Origin: Eledone cirrhosa
Lineage: Eukaryota
NCBI GenBank assembly: GCA_964016885.1
Contig: OZ024750.1
Span: forward strand, 33,604,001 to 33,668,000
DNA length: 64,000 nucleotides
Reading direction: 5' to 3'
How positions within the stretch are numbered: the first letter of the stretch is position 1; each line of letters begins with the position of its first letter. Made by a program: the position numbers and the translations under genes. Below, piece by piece: positions 37,618 to 51,895 of the stretch. The notes under the pieces were generated by a model that saw nothing but the letters and a program-made list of their open reading frames with translations, was not told the origin of the DNA and ran no database searches.

Positions 37618-38075
37618 TTGTCTAGAAAAGGAACTGGCATAAATTCTATAAAATGCACACAATGCCGATCCTGGGTACACAAGAGATGTAGCGGGATAGC
37701 AGGCAAACTAACAGGTAGGGAAAAATATGTATGCAGTAGATGTACAGGGAAATTAGACAGTAGAAGTCGCACTGATAGACACATTTTTCAAATGCAAGAG
37801 GGCGCTATAGAAGTGGTGGATAGCTTCCGGTACCTAGGAGATCAGATTAGCATGGGAGGAGGGTGTTCCGAGGCTATAGTATCTAGAATAAGGACAGGCT
37901 GGAAGAAGTTTAGGGAGCTGCTTCCTCTGTTGACGAAGAAGGGTTTCTCCCTGCGTACGAAAGGCCGGTTGTATGATGCCTGTGTGAGGAGCGCGATGCT
38001 GCATGGTAGTGAGACATGGGCAGCAACTGCAGAGGATATGCGACGGCTGGAGAGAAATGAGGGTGTCATGTTCGA
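37618..38075 (+). pseudogene. RTE LINE ORF fragment (Cys/His finger plus post-RT region)
   Basis: CTQCRSWVHKRC...CSRC, IEVVDSFRYLGD, RLYDACVRSAMLHGSETW. Confidence 0.9.
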
Positions 38076-39894
38076 GAGACATGCGCCATATCCACCTTGT
38101 TGAAAATCCTGGATTTGGCTACTGTGGTTTACTGATCTATTGATGGTGAAATATATTTCTTTAATGAAATATATACAAGGAAGATTAATCATTTTATAAG
38201 GTATCTATATTTAAAGTTCTAGTTAAACTTTAATTAGTTACCTATCTAGCTGTGTGTGCTTACACACTTTTACAAATTATTCCCTGTGATTGTTTCATAT
38301 GTTTATTTTAAATATATATATATGTCAATCAATTTCTAGTCGATATATATAAACCATGTAATCAAACATCTGGTGTGAGGAGTAAAATGGCTTGTAGTCA
38401 AATTGAACAACAGCAATCACTAAAGTAATAAAGTTAGTATGCATGAGAAATCTTCCAAAGACTGATTTGGAAAAGTTTATAATCACATCATATAAGGTAT
38501 GATATTGTGCCTAAAGAGAGAAGAAAATGAAGCAAGAAACTATTATCTTCTCACTGCCAAAACGAAGAACGACTTTCACAATATGTACAGCTATTGAGAA
38601 TTTTTCCCTTGTGGATCCAGCTGTCAAATTACTCAAAGTATGTATTAGCTAGAACAGAGTTGATGATTGATGCCACTTTATTCATAACATAAAGTGGCTT
38701 CCGACCACCCTGAAAGCCTATAGAGTAAATGGAAGAGTTAGCCATACTGTTTATTGATTTGAAAAGTAGAATTGACATTGTTAATGGCAAAGCTATGCTT
38801 GAAATACGTAAATATCTTGTGACATTCCTGAAAAGATTTACTACAGTGCAAAGTTTATATATGAAAATCATGAAGATTGCATCGTAATAAATGGTAAGAA
38901 AACCAAATGGCTTCCTGCTTGCCAAGGATGTGATTCAAGTAGATACGCTTTATTGTATTAAAATGTCTTAAAGGCTTCAAACGTGCCAGGGTGGAAATTG
39001 AAGTTAAATGAAAACTTAGCAATATTAGAATTCATGTCATGATATTTCCATTCTCCATTTTCAGATATAGATGTAACCAAAACTAACTGAACTCTACATC
39101 AGAGGCATCAAACTCATGGTCACAAAAGGGCCATTATGTTCTCGAGAGGAGGTACAGGGGGCCAAAAGTGAGATGAGTGTGGGACAGGGCATGATTTCCA
39201 CCAGTTATAACACTAATCTGCAATACAGCTGATAGGCTGGTGGGGTTTTTTGTGGGGGGGGGGGTGCATGAGGGTTTCATTTAAATAAATACACATATTA
39301 TAAGTGGGATATGTGAGTTAGTACAAAATGAAGGAGATAAATTTCCCATTTCAAATTTTTCTTAATTCCATTTTTACAGTTTTCACGTTTTCTTCTTCCA
39401 CTTATTCCTGAGAGGGTCGTCGGGGAGCAGATTCCTCAAACACTTCTTCCAGTGGGTCCTGTCAGAAGCAACTGTCTCCAACTGATCTGGCTAACTAACA
39501 TATACATATATATATATATATATATTCTCTCTTACTGCTTCCCCGCTCTCTCTGTTTCTCTCACCTTCTTTCGCCCCCTCTGTCAGTTACACTTTCTCTC
39601 GACTGGCCTCTTCCTCGCACTTCCACTCACTCACTCTCTGCTTCTCCCCTTCTTACTTCCTCCCGTTTGGCCTGTAGTGGGTTCTCTTCTTGCTCACATC
39701 TCACTCACGTCGGACGGTCTGTATTCCCCCGCTCATGAAATCCACACAGCTTAAGCTGACCGGATCCTCCTGCGCTTGTTTTTTCCTATCTTTGCGTTGC
39801 TATCCTTCTATGTTTGTTTACTGTCTCGCTCGCTTTACGCGATCTACTTGTCCCAATAGCTTTATTTAGCTATTGCTCATACTAGCCAGAGGTA

Positions 39895-40206
39895 TCATCA
39901 TTTCATTTTATTTTACGTCCACTTTTCCTTGCTTGAAAGGGTGGGACGGGAACTGATTCTGGCTTGATTTCTACAGCTAGATGCCCTTCCTAACACCAAC
40001 CTCATTTACAGTGAGTGCTGGGTGCTTTGCAGTGGAATGATAGGGACTACAGTCCCTATCATCTCATTTCTACAGCTGAGTAAACTGGAGCAATGTGAAA
40101 TAAAGTGTCTTGCTCAAGGAAACAACACATCACCTGGTCTGAGAATTGAACTCACAACCTTTTGATTGCAAGGCCAATGCTCTAACCACTAAGCCATGTG
40201 CCTCCA
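39895..40206 (-). mobile_element. SINE family 2
   Basis: Reverse complement of 49016-49365 with an internal deletion. Confidence 0.9.
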
Positions 40207-40330
40207 TATATGATTTTTCGTATATGATTTTTAAAGTGATGAAATACCAATGAAGGTTGGAAAATCACTGACGAAGGACTATTTTTATCATATGTAACCC
40301 ATATGCAACCACGCAGTATTCTTTCTTCTC

Positions 40331-40402
<72 letters not shown>

Positions 40403-40407
40403 TATAT

Positions 40408-40755
40408 AATCATCATCGTTTTTAAGTCCGTTTTTCCAAGCATGCATGGGCTGGGCAGATCCTTCTCAGCACGACATCTCTTCACTTGTTGCATTTTTTC
40501 GTCATCTCCTCTGCCAGTCTTAGTGATTTGAGGTCAGCTCTCACAACTTCTGCTGCCTAGGTCTTTCTTGGTCTTCCTCTATTGCTGCTTCCTTCCACTG
40601 GGATTTCCTGGTATTTCTTCACCCCGCAATCATTGTCAATGTGCATCACATGTCCTTACCAACACAGTCTTCTCTCCTCCACGCCACCTTGGATTCCTCT
40701 TAAACCCAGCTTCACTTGCAGTTCATCCAAGCTCTGCCTTTCTCTCACACTTACA
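40408..40755 (-). mobile_element. Degenerate RTE 3' end
   Basis: Minus strand has GGAAGACCAAGAAAGACC (GRPRKT) and the tail CCATGCATGCTTGGAAAAACGGAC..GATGATGAT. Confidence 0.75.
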
Positions 40756-40756
40756 T

Positions 40757-40798
<42 letters not shown>

Positions 40799-41325
40799 TG
40801 AGTTGACGGACCCAGCATATTTATCAATGCCAGTACCAGTTGTATCTTAGCGTACTCCATGGGCAATGTAAGATACATTCCCAGAGTATACACACAGTTA
40901 TTTGCTTCAACACAACACAAGTAAAACGGGTGCCTATAATGGTCCCCGGACTCGAGTTTCTGTCGCACCAATGCATCAGTAAGGTGCATTGCACCATCCG
41001 TCTGCATATATTATGTAACAAAGCATAATCGGCTTGTGCAGCTTCATCAGCGGGTATCGCCTAATCAATAACCAATCGATCGACAGAATCCGAACACCAG
41101 TCCAAGCCAGTCATGACCTTTTGTGACGACTGACATGGTAAATGGATTAGCAACGGGCACCCAATACGATTCTATCTCTCGACTAGCCAGCGATTTACAA
41201 AATTTACATGGTGGCGGGAAGCTAAAGAATCAATCTTTTCACTCCCGTCAAAAGCTCTCAGCCAACGTGTCTCACACACAAAATCAAGAGGTGAAAAGAT
41301 GGCTATTACAAATAGCAGTTCACAT

Positions 41326-41380
<55 letters not shown>

Positions 41381-41511
41381 GATAAATCTACCAAGAGTTT
41401 ACGGTAGTATCCAATCCGTATGAAGAACTCAATGTATTCCGGATATCATGGAAAGAAGAGATGTAATGAAAAACCACTTTCGGTGAAAGATAAACGGTAT
41501 ACAGAGTCAAG

Positions 41512-41897
41512 ATAAAATATTAAACAAATAATGAATAAACAATTCCTTATATTAAACAAAAAAAGTTCATTATTTAACGATCGTTTCTAGGATATATATG
41601 TGTTAGAATTGGTATGCATATTCAACAGATCTATGTACAAAATTATACAAAATTATACAAATTATCAAGATTAAATATACATACCAAACACATATATACG
41701 CCGTCTTCTGAAGACGGCGTATATATGTGTTTGGTATGTATATTTAATCTTGATAATTTGTATAATTTTGTATAATTTTGTACATAGATCTGTTGAATAT
41801 GCATACCAATTCTAACACATATATATCCTAGAAACGATCGTTAAATAATGAACTTTTTTTGTTTAATATAAGGAATTGTTTATTCATTATTTGTTTA

Positions 41898-41906
<9 letters not shown>
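41512..41906. repeat. Perfect palindrome with 197-bp arms and a 1-nt loop, containing a long-stem-II HHR motif (family D)
   Basis: Centre TCTTC-T-GAAGA at 41709; the right arm has CTGAAGA 41708-41714 and GAAA-CGATCG-TT 41831-41842. Confidence 0.9.
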
Positions 41907-41946
<40 letters not shown>

Positions 41947-42336
41947 ATATATATATGACTGTAATCATTTAGGATATTAATAGACCTGTGGTTTGGTTGG
42001 TATAAAGCTTAACAAAGTAAACTTATTTCTTCTATATTTAGACATCTAGGAAATGACACAGCTCTGACAGATATGTAAGTCAATTATTATCAAACATCAA
42101 AAGGTTAGACTGTAAAATATATATTATTTTATATTGTATCGCTATTCATTTCTTATGACTGCAAAACTTAGATTCTATTTTGTTCAGGAAAAACCAAAAT
42201 ATCCCTAACTATTCACATAATACTAATATATTCAGAAACTAATGTGATTATTCCAACAGTTAATGGCTTATCAGAGACAGAAACATTATTGAAAAACTGA
42301 AGGAAGAGACAGAGAGAATAATACAAACAGTTTTAA

Positions 42337-42629
42337 TCCTTTAGTGTTCAAACTGGCCAAAACCGGCCAGAATTCTCTACCTCTTTCTGTTGAAACTGGC
42401 TGTAACTGGTCGCTCAAACTGATGTTAAGGTATTGTTTTCAAAATAAATACTTTCAAAATTTCATAGATTCGATATTATGTGAGATAATTATGTGAGGTA
42501 GAGCCTTTACCATGAAAATATAATAGTATATATAGAGTAATGTGAATGTTATGTGAGATAATTATGTGAGGTAAAGCCTTTACCATGAAAATATAATAGT
42601 ATATATAGAGTAATGTGAATGTTAAAGGG
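42337..42629. mobile_element. piggyBac-like MITE
   Basis: TTAA|TCCTTTAGTGTTCA...TGAATGTTAAAGGG|TTAA; internal ~73-bp tandem duplication. Confidence 0.65.
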
Positions 42630-42804
42630 TTAAAAGAGAGGCGTTGTAGTGTGACAATACTATAACAAGAGGGTGGATGTAGATAAGCTGAAATATTACT
42701 GGACAAATTGATTCTAAGCAAATATCTAATAATTCATAGCAAGAATGTGTTCTTGATAAGACAGAAGAACAGGGCTTTAAATATATCGATGGTTGCACCA
42801 GTAC

Positions 42805-43410
42805 ATATTATCATCATCATCATCATTATCATCATATCATCGGCAATATTATCATTATCATCTTCGTAATCATCATAATCATCATTGTGAATTGGCAGTA
42901 TCGGTAGAGGGTTGGACACCATGCTTTCTAGCATAGAGTTACGTCCCTTTACGGTCTGAGTTCAAATCCCGCCGAAGTTAACTTTGCCTTTCATCCTTAC
43001 GGGGTCGATAAAATAAAGTACCAGTAATGTACTGGTATTTGCTGGCCTTGTGCCAAAAGTAGAAAGAATTATTATTATTATAACCATCATCATCATAATC
43101 ATCATCATCAACATCATCAACATCATCTTTCTTATCATCAACACCTTTATTAGCATCATCATCATCATCAGCAACACCATCATCAACATCATCATTGTCA
43201 ACATCAAGATCATCATCATCATCATTGTCATCATCATCATCATTATTGCAACTATCATTATCATCATCATCATCAACATCTTCATTGTCATCATCATCAT
43301 CATCATCACCATCATAGTCACCACCACCACCATCATCATCCCCATAATCATCATCATCATCACTATCACCATCATCAATGTCAACATCATCATCATCATC
43401 ATCATCATGT
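42805..43410 (+). mobile_element. SINE family 1 (42890-43080) within an (ATC)n microsatellite
   Basis: SINE core visible with (CAT)n on both sides. Confidence 0.9.
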
Positions 43411-44727
43411 AACCAACTCAACAACTATTCACACATTTTCACTAAGATATTATCTAATGTGTTCTTCCCTTTTTTTTTAAAACTGTAAAATGAAAGTTAG
43501 AGGTGGTTTGGCTGCTATTTTTAGCTGCTACAGCAAACACATTTGGCTCAGTTCTACATATCATACGGCAGTACAAAATCAGAGGTTAGTATTGGTATAA
43601 ATACTTTCATTCCAACCAGCTATAGGTTTATGTTAAGATGTTATCAAAATATATGAGACTGAATTCTTTAAAATCATTTTCATTTTTCTAAGAAACTAAC
43701 CTGTACTGAACTCTGATTCTATCTATAGCATTTAATAAAATTATAAACATAAGCCATGCTTTCATATTGTTTGCCATTTTCATTTTGACGCCATCCATGG
43801 AAAATATTTTGGCATTCTAGATTATATATTTGTGTGAAGTTAAAAGTATAAATTATTTTCTGGCAACATTTTTCTTGTTTGTTTGTTTTTATTTTGTCTT
43901 TTATTATTGATATTTTGTTTTTGTTTGTTTATATAAAACAATCATTATTCCATATACTTTTTCAAGATGGTTTTATATGAACAAAAATAATCCTAAAAAG
44001 GTAGGCGCCATGTTATAAAAGTCAATGAAGAAGATTTATTATCAGTACATTTGTGAAAACAAAACTCTTTCAGCTATAACTAAACTGGAGAAAGCTAGGC
44101 ACCATTTTGATAGACAAACTCTCCAGTTAAAAAGTGCAGCTATACAAATATTTCAATAAATTTGTAGTGTTTGTTAAAATTGCTTACGACATTCATTCTT
44201 TGTATAAAAACTGGGGAAAAACGCAGGTCAGCGGTTAGGTACAAAGTATATCTTAGTTTTGAAATTAAACATTGTTAAAACTCCATTTTTGAAATATATC
44301 TATCTTCTAAATATTAGACAAAATAATATATAATGCCTTTTAAAGTTATAATTTTTTAATGTTTAAACCATAATTTTCTATTTTATGAGATGGCCCGTGT
44401 TCTCACTGTGTTTTCCATAAATAACTAGTAAAATATTCCCTTTGTAATCATTATTCAAATCAGCTTCACAAAGAAAAAAGTTAGTCATCATTTTGTATAA
44501 GTTTAAGATAAAAACACTGCCGTTGGAAATTAATGAATCTATATTTATTTCATCTTATATTTTATAATGAAGATAAAAAAATCACAAGATTTTAATTATA
44601 AAGAATCATTTTTATCTTTTTAATTCTGGCAATATAATACAAAAATCATGATTTTCTTTTAATTTTCAGTTGAGAGGGGAAGAAATTAAATGATGAAAGA
44701 TAAATTTCAGATTAACAAAATTTTCAG

Positions 44728-45406
44728 GCATCATTTTGGAGTAGGCTTATTACAGGCAATGAGAAGTGAATCCTTTACCATAATGTTAAATGCAACTGAT
44801 CATGAATCAGTCAAGGAGAAAGACCAGTTCAACAACCAAGAGTAGGACTTCATCCAAAAAAGATCATGTTGAGTGTATGGTGGGATATTGAAGGAATTGT
44901 CCATCAGAAATTGTTAAACAACAATCAAACAATTACTGCTAATCTCTATTGTGATCAACTTCGTTGTTTGAAAGCCACTTTGAACTGAAACCAACCCTTA
45001 TTAGTCAACAGAAAGGGTGTCATCTTCCATCATGATAATGCTCATCCTTACACAGTTTGACTGACCAAAGATCTACTAGAAGAGCTTCGTTGGGAAATAT
45101 TGCTTCATTCTCCATATCTTCCTCACCTTGATCCTTCTGGTTATCACTTGTTTTGGGGACTATAGAATCATTTGGATGGACTTAGGTTGACATCAGGCGA
45201 AGGGGTTGAAAATGAGTTGGATTCATATTTTGCATCAAAGCCTAAAGAATTTTACAAGTGTGGTATTTATAAGCTTGTTGATGGAATGAGGTTCTAGAAA
45301 GCAAAGGAGGTTAGGTTAATGAATAAATATTTTCATAGTCAGGGGGGTTTTTTTCATTTTTAATATAAACCATCAAATTGGACATTACATTTGCACCAAC
45401 CTGATA
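44728..45406 (+). pseudogene. mariner transposase 3' half with right TIR, multiple stops
   Basis: RLITGNEK*ILYHN, LHPKKIMLSVWWD, VIFHHDNAHP, WEILLHSPYLPHLDPSGYHLF; TIR-like TTTGCACCAACCTGATA at ~45390-45406. Confidence 0.93.
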
Positions 45407-47291
45407 GTAACCTTCAAACAACATACTACTTTATACACTAACACAATGCTTCTAGCAAACTACAACACTCAAGTTTTTGTTATCAAACATGAATGAGACC
45501 AAACTTTTGAAATTAAAATATTTTGTAAGGAAATATTTCCATCTTCTCCCAGCTTCTAAAACTGCATAAGTTTTAGTTTCAACAAATTGAGAAATATTTT
45601 TGTTGTTGTTGATGTTTTTATTATTATTTCTGTTTCTTGGGTAGTTTCAGAATTATTTAGGGACCTTGAGAAAAGAAAGCACATGTCTACCACATAGTGA
45701 CAATGTCACAGCAATCATCAGTCGCAGCTCTTTTGTTAGTAAAAGGAAAATCATCAATAACAACCACAGCTACATATTTCATATCTTTAATAAAATATCA
45801 TCAGCATCATCTCCATTCAACGTCCATTTTTCCATGTTAGCATGGGTTAGACAAGTTGTCTTGTGAAACAAGCCAGATCAGATGAATTGATTTTGGCTTG
45901 GTTTCTACAGCTGGATGTCTTTCCTAATGCCAACCACAATTACAGTGTATGCCGGGTGCTTTTTACTGTGGCACCAAAATGACCACTTTATAGTGTGGGT
46001 TGGGTGTGTTTTGTTGTGACACCTTAAAAGCCTTCTCAGATAGAGGGACATTTTCACAGGCTAACAGACTAATTGTTGAAGAGTAGGAAGTGATCTATTC
46101 ACCACACTATACAAAGAACCCAAGAGCTTTTACTTCCTTAATATGTATGTATACATGGTCCTACAACTCCTGGGGGAGTTGTAGGGGTGCTGTATTGACA
46201 TATGGTGTTTCTAAGGCATTTTTTTTTAAACCTGGGGAAGCCCATACCCTACCTAAGTCAGTCTGAATACAGCAGATTTCTTCCAGAGAAGGATAGAGGG
46301 AGAGAGAATGGAAGTGAGAAAGAGATAAAGAGGAAGAATAAACCCCAATACTTGACTGGTATATTTTTTTATTAACCTCAAATAGATGAAAGGCAAAGTT
46401 GACTTCAACGAGACTTGAACTCAGAAATAAGAGAGCTGAAACAAGTACCGCAAAGCATTCTATCTGACATTCAAATGACTCTGCCAATTTGTTAACTATT
46501 CTTAAATGCTGAATAAACTCGAGCAACGTGAAATAAAGTGTCTTGCTCAAGGAAACAACACATCACCTGGTCTGAGAATTGAACTCACAACCTTTCAATA
46601 GCAAGCCCAATGCTCTAACCACTAAGTCAGTTGTAGAAATGAGATGATAGGACTGGGGTCCCTATCATTAAATTACCCAAGACACCTCCAACGAGAAATA
46701 CCTTGGAGGAGGCCAGTTAAACCTGAATAGGTGTGAGCTGTCACACACTATTCTTAAATATATTGAAGTATAGATCATTCTTCAAGAGATCGAAGATATT
46801 CTGGAGTAGAACATAACTCTCTGTATGAAATTAAGTAAACTAAATGTTAAATTGTATTTACATTTATGTCTGTTACAAGTCTTATTATAATATTTGGCAG
46901 CTTTAATGAAATTTGAATGCTTGGCATAATGTTCTGATTTTTTTGTAACATAAACTAGGAAAATAATATCAAAATAGCAAAAGGTACCTTTAAGATTATT
47001 TTCATTGATAAATTTGAAGCTGATTTGCTGAAACGATGATACATCATTCTAAAGCCAATAGGAAATTGAATAAATTGATACAAACCTCCAGGTATTTGGA
47101 AGATTGTATATTTTCCATGGGTGTTTTATAAATTTGATAATAAATGCTACTTAGATTAATTTTGTTTGTAATAGTTGTGCTTAGATATATCGTTTATTAA
47201 ATCAGCTAACAAGGAAAATAAGTTGATAGTTTGAGTCAAGCCTTTTTAAACTGGAATTGTTAGTAATAAGCAAAATTTGCTTCCAGTCAGG

Positions 47292-47333
<42 letters not shown>

Positions 47334-47361
47334 CTGTGTGTGTCTGTCTGTGTGTGTGTGT

Positions 47362-47600
47362 GAAGACGTGTAGCGGAGTGGTTAGAGAATTGTATTCGCA
47401 ATCATGAGGTTGTGATTTTGATTCCTGGACCAGGCAATGCGCTAAGTCCTTGAACAAGGCATTTCATTTCATGTTGTTCCTTCTGCTTGGATTTGCAACC
47501 GACAGATAGTAAAAGACCAATGGAAATATTGTTTCCTCGGTCCAATTTGACGAGCTCCACCCACTTGTTAAGTGAATGAAGTTTGGGATCTTGTCGATCA
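47362..47600 (+). mobile_element. SINE family 3
   Basis: GTAGCGGAGTGGTTAGAG...TCATGAGGTTGTGA..GATTCC; homologous copy at ~57622-57835. Confidence 0.8.
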
Positions 47601-48464
47601 ACTGTCTATATATATATATATACACATGTATACCCATACGCTTACACACACACATCTATATTTATACACGCACACATGTTTTACAACCTACCACCTTTCA
47701 CACCCTTTGATTTCCAGCTTCTACAGCCCACTATCTTTCACACACAAACGCACTCACACATATACACACACAGTTACACACACATGTATACCCATACGCT
47801 TACACACACACATCTATATTTATACACGCACACATATTTTACAACCTACCACCTTTCACACCCTTTGATTTCCAACTTCTACAGCCCACTATCTTTCACA
47901 CACACACACACTCACACATATACACACTTACACTTATACACACACAGTTACACACACATATATATTTACACACACATATTTTACGGCTTTCACACGCTAG
48001 CGCACCCTCTTGATTTAACCCATTTGGTCAGTAGCTTTTGCCACAGCCTATCACGCGCACGCGCATTCTTTCCCTCGTTTAAATTTTAAATAATTTTCTC
48101 CCCATAACGGCATTCCTGTCTTAACGACATCACAACTTTCTCCGCTTGGCCTGTTCCCCCCCTTTTGGAACTTTCCCCCGTTGATGGACGTGAGCCCGAA
48201 ATATTGGGATTAAATCTCCACTACGGTAACCCTTCTACCTTTGTTTTGTTTTCATCTTTGTCTCTCTCAATTTTCACTTTCTCCTGTTCCTCCTATCTAT
48301 CATTCACTTCCTACCTCGAGATTTCCCTCTGCATTGTTGTGGCTTTCTTAACTACGTATTTTATATATATATATCATCATCATCGTTTAACGTCCATATT
48401 CCATGCTTGCTTGGGTCTGGCCGGGAGTTTTCCCGCTTGAGGCAAGAGTGGTTGTCTTGCTCGC

Positions 48465-48549
<85 letters not shown>

Positions 48550-48616
48550 TAAGTGTTTACTGTAATAAATCTTTGAAGGAATTTTACCAGTCTGGCCTCC
48601 TGTCATTTTATTCAAT

Positions 48617-49015
<399 letters not shown>

Positions 49016-49017
<2 letters not shown>

Positions 49018-49365
49018 AGGCACATGGCTTAGTGGTTAGAACATTGGCCTTGCAATCGAAAGGTTGTGAGTTCAATTCTCAGACCGGGTGATGTGTTGTT
49101 TCCTTGAGCAAGACACTTTATTTCACATTGCTCCAGTTTACTCAGCTGTAGAAATGAGATGATAGGGACTGGGGTCCATATCATTCTACTGCAAAGTGGT
49201 CATGGAGGTGCCACGGCAAAAAAGCACCCAGCACTCACTGTAAATGAGGTTGGTGTTAGGAAGGGCATCCAGCTGTAGAAATCAAGCCAGCATCAGTTCC
49301 CGTCCCACCCTTGCAAGCAGGGAAAAGCGGACGTAAAATGAAATGATGATGATGATGATGATGAT
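49016..49365 (+). mobile_element. SINE family 2, full length
   Basis: A box TGGCTTAGTGGTTAG, B box GTTCAATTC; tail GGTTGGTGTTAGGAAGGGCATCCAGCTGTAGAAATC shared with the RTE 3' UTR (51759-51799); (GAT)n end. Confidence 0.93.
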
Positions 49366-49384
49366 ATATATATCTTCCACACTA

Positions 49385-51895
49385 GCATGGCAACCATCTG
49401 ATCACCTATAGATCTAGAGATAGATTTTATCCTTATCACAGAACAAAATAGATGGATGGTTGTAAACACAAAAGCCTTCTCTGGTGAAGAATGTAGTTCC
49501 CAACTTCATTGTCAGAACTAGACGAACTTGGAAACAGAAGGCATCCGGAAGCTGAAAGAGCCCTCAGCCAGTATCAGATTTAAAGATATCTTACTCAACG
49601 CCTATGACAGTAAAGAAGAACAGATAGATACATCCAAATAGAAGAGCACTAGGAGTTCCTAAAAAATAACTTACTAAAGGTGACGGACGAGATCTGTGGT
49701 TGGAGCAAGATCACAGGGAGAAGGAGAGTGACTTGGTGGTGGCACAATAAGGTAGATGAGGCAATTAAGGCCAAGAGACAGGCATGGAAAGAATGGAAGA
49801 ATGGGAGAAGCAGGGTACATTACATAGAGACCAAGAGGGAAGCTAGGCGACAAGTGTACTTAGCTAGAAGGAAAGCGGTGGATAAAAAATTCAAGCAGGT
49901 TTTGCAGCATGAGGACCAGAAACAGGAGGTGTTCAGGATTGCAAGGCAATGTGTTAGAGATAATTGTGATGTCATTGGAGAGAAGTGTGTCTGGAATGAT
50001 AATGGTGAGCTTGCCCTCACAAGTGCCGAGAAGAAAGCTGTGTGGAAGAGCCATTATGAAAGATTACTGAATGAGGAGAATGCATGGGAGAAAGGGACCC
50101 TACCCCAAGTGGACCCTATAGAGGGCCCAGCAATACAAGTCAGCAGCAGTGTAGTAAGTAAGGCAATTAAAGATATGAAGACTGGGAAGGCAACCGGTCC
50201 ATCAAGTATAGCTGCAGAGATGCTGAAAGCATCTGGGTCGGTAGGTCACACCATAACCACACATATTGTTAACCAAGTAATACTAGAGGGTGTCATACCA
50301 AAGGATTGGTGCAGCAGCATCATTGTCAACTGCTACAAGGGTAAAGGAGATGCACTAGATAGAGGAATCTATAGAGGTATAAAGCAGATGGACCAAGTCA
50401 TGAAAGTAACAGAAAGATTTATAGCACAGCTGATTAGGGACCGGGTAAATCTAGATGAGATGCAGTTTGGGTTTGTGCGAGGCAAAAGCACCACTGATCC
50501 TCTCTTCCTTGTGAGGCAGCTACAGGAAAAGTGCCTAGCTAAAAGTAAGCTGCTCTACCTGGCATTTGTCGATCTGGAAAAAGCCTTTGACAGAGTGCCT
50601 CATGCTATAATCTGGTGGGCTCTTAGAAAACTAGGAGTAGATGAATGGCTTGTGAAAGCAGTACAAGCCATGTATAGGGGAGCAGTCAGCATGGATGATC
50701 TTACACTTATAGCTGAATCTATGGTGGAACTAGTGAAGAAATTCCAAACATGGAAGCAGAGACTAGAAAGAAGGGGTCTAAAAGTCAACCTGATAAAGAC
50801 TAAGGTCCTCGTAAGTAGACAAGAAAACAGAACTCAAATCCCCTCAGGGAAATGCCTTGCTCAGTATGTAGGAAAGGCGTAGGTAGAAATTCCATCCTCT
50901 GCCCCAAATGCAAATTATGGATACACAAGAGATGTAGTAGGATCTCAAGAAGTTTAGTTAAGAATGTAGGCTTTACATGTAGCAGTTGCACTGGGACAGT
51001 AAGCAGCAAATAACCACAGGAAGAAAGCACTACCAAATTCTGAGAGGGCTTTGTAAAAACAGTAGACAGCTTCTGCTACCTAGGTGACCGAATTAGCAGC
51101 AAAGGTGGGTGTTCTGAAAGTACAGTAACCAGGGTAAGAACGGGATGGAAGAAGTTCAGGGAACTAATACCACTGCTAGCTACAAAAGGCTTTTCCCTCA
51201 AAATGAAAGACAGACTGTATGATGTGTGCATACGAACAGCAATGCTACATGGTAGTGAGACCTGGGCACTGTGTGCAGAAGACTTGTGTAGATTAGAAAG
51301 AAATGAAGCTTTCATGCTCTGATGGATGTGTAATAGTAATATATGAGAATGGTGAAGCATAAACGATTTGAGAGAGAGACTGGGCATAAGAGGAATCAAA
51401 TGCTGTGTGCAGGAGAGGAGATTACGTTGGTATGGACATGTGATGCGTATGAAGGATGACAGTTGCATAAATAGGTGCAGAGCACTAGAAGTCAATGGAA
51501 GCTGCAGAGTGGGTAGACCCAAGAAGACCTGGGATGAGGTGATAAAAGCTGATCTTGCCTAATTGCACCTCTCAAAAGTGATGACACAGGAGTGAGACCT
51601 CTGGCGTTACACAGTAATACAGAAGACCCGACTTCCCATGGTACAAGCCAAAGTTGAAGCATACAGACAGAAACCCCACACACACACACACTCACACACA
51701 CTGTAAAGTGTTCGTGTAGGTGTCACAGTAAAAAGCATCCAGTACTAACTGTAAATGAGGTTGGTGTTAGGAAGGGCATCCAGCTGTAGAAATCAAGCCA
51801 AAATCAATTCTGTATGAGCAAGACATGGTCACCTGACCTGGCATTGCCCACAACAGGGCAACCTGTCAAACCCATGCTAGTGTGAAAGAATGGAC
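49385..51895 (+). pseudogene. 5'-truncated RTE LINE; reverse transcriptase ORF (49680-50882) with an internal deletion, frameshift and stops
   Basis: GKATGPSSI..EML, IPKDW, YKGKGD..YRGI, QFGF..GKSTTD, AFVDLEKAFDRV, DDL, GLKVN..KTK; downstream YLG, LHGSETW, RLRWYGHV, GRPKKTW, then 3' UTR. Confidence 0.95.

Noticed and set aside
38440-38930. Possible coding or transposase remnant
   Set aside because: Stops in the frames I read and no motif I can identify with confidence
49680-50882. Active reverse transcriptase gene
   Set aside because: 5'-truncated, central RT motifs deleted, and frameshift and stops downstream
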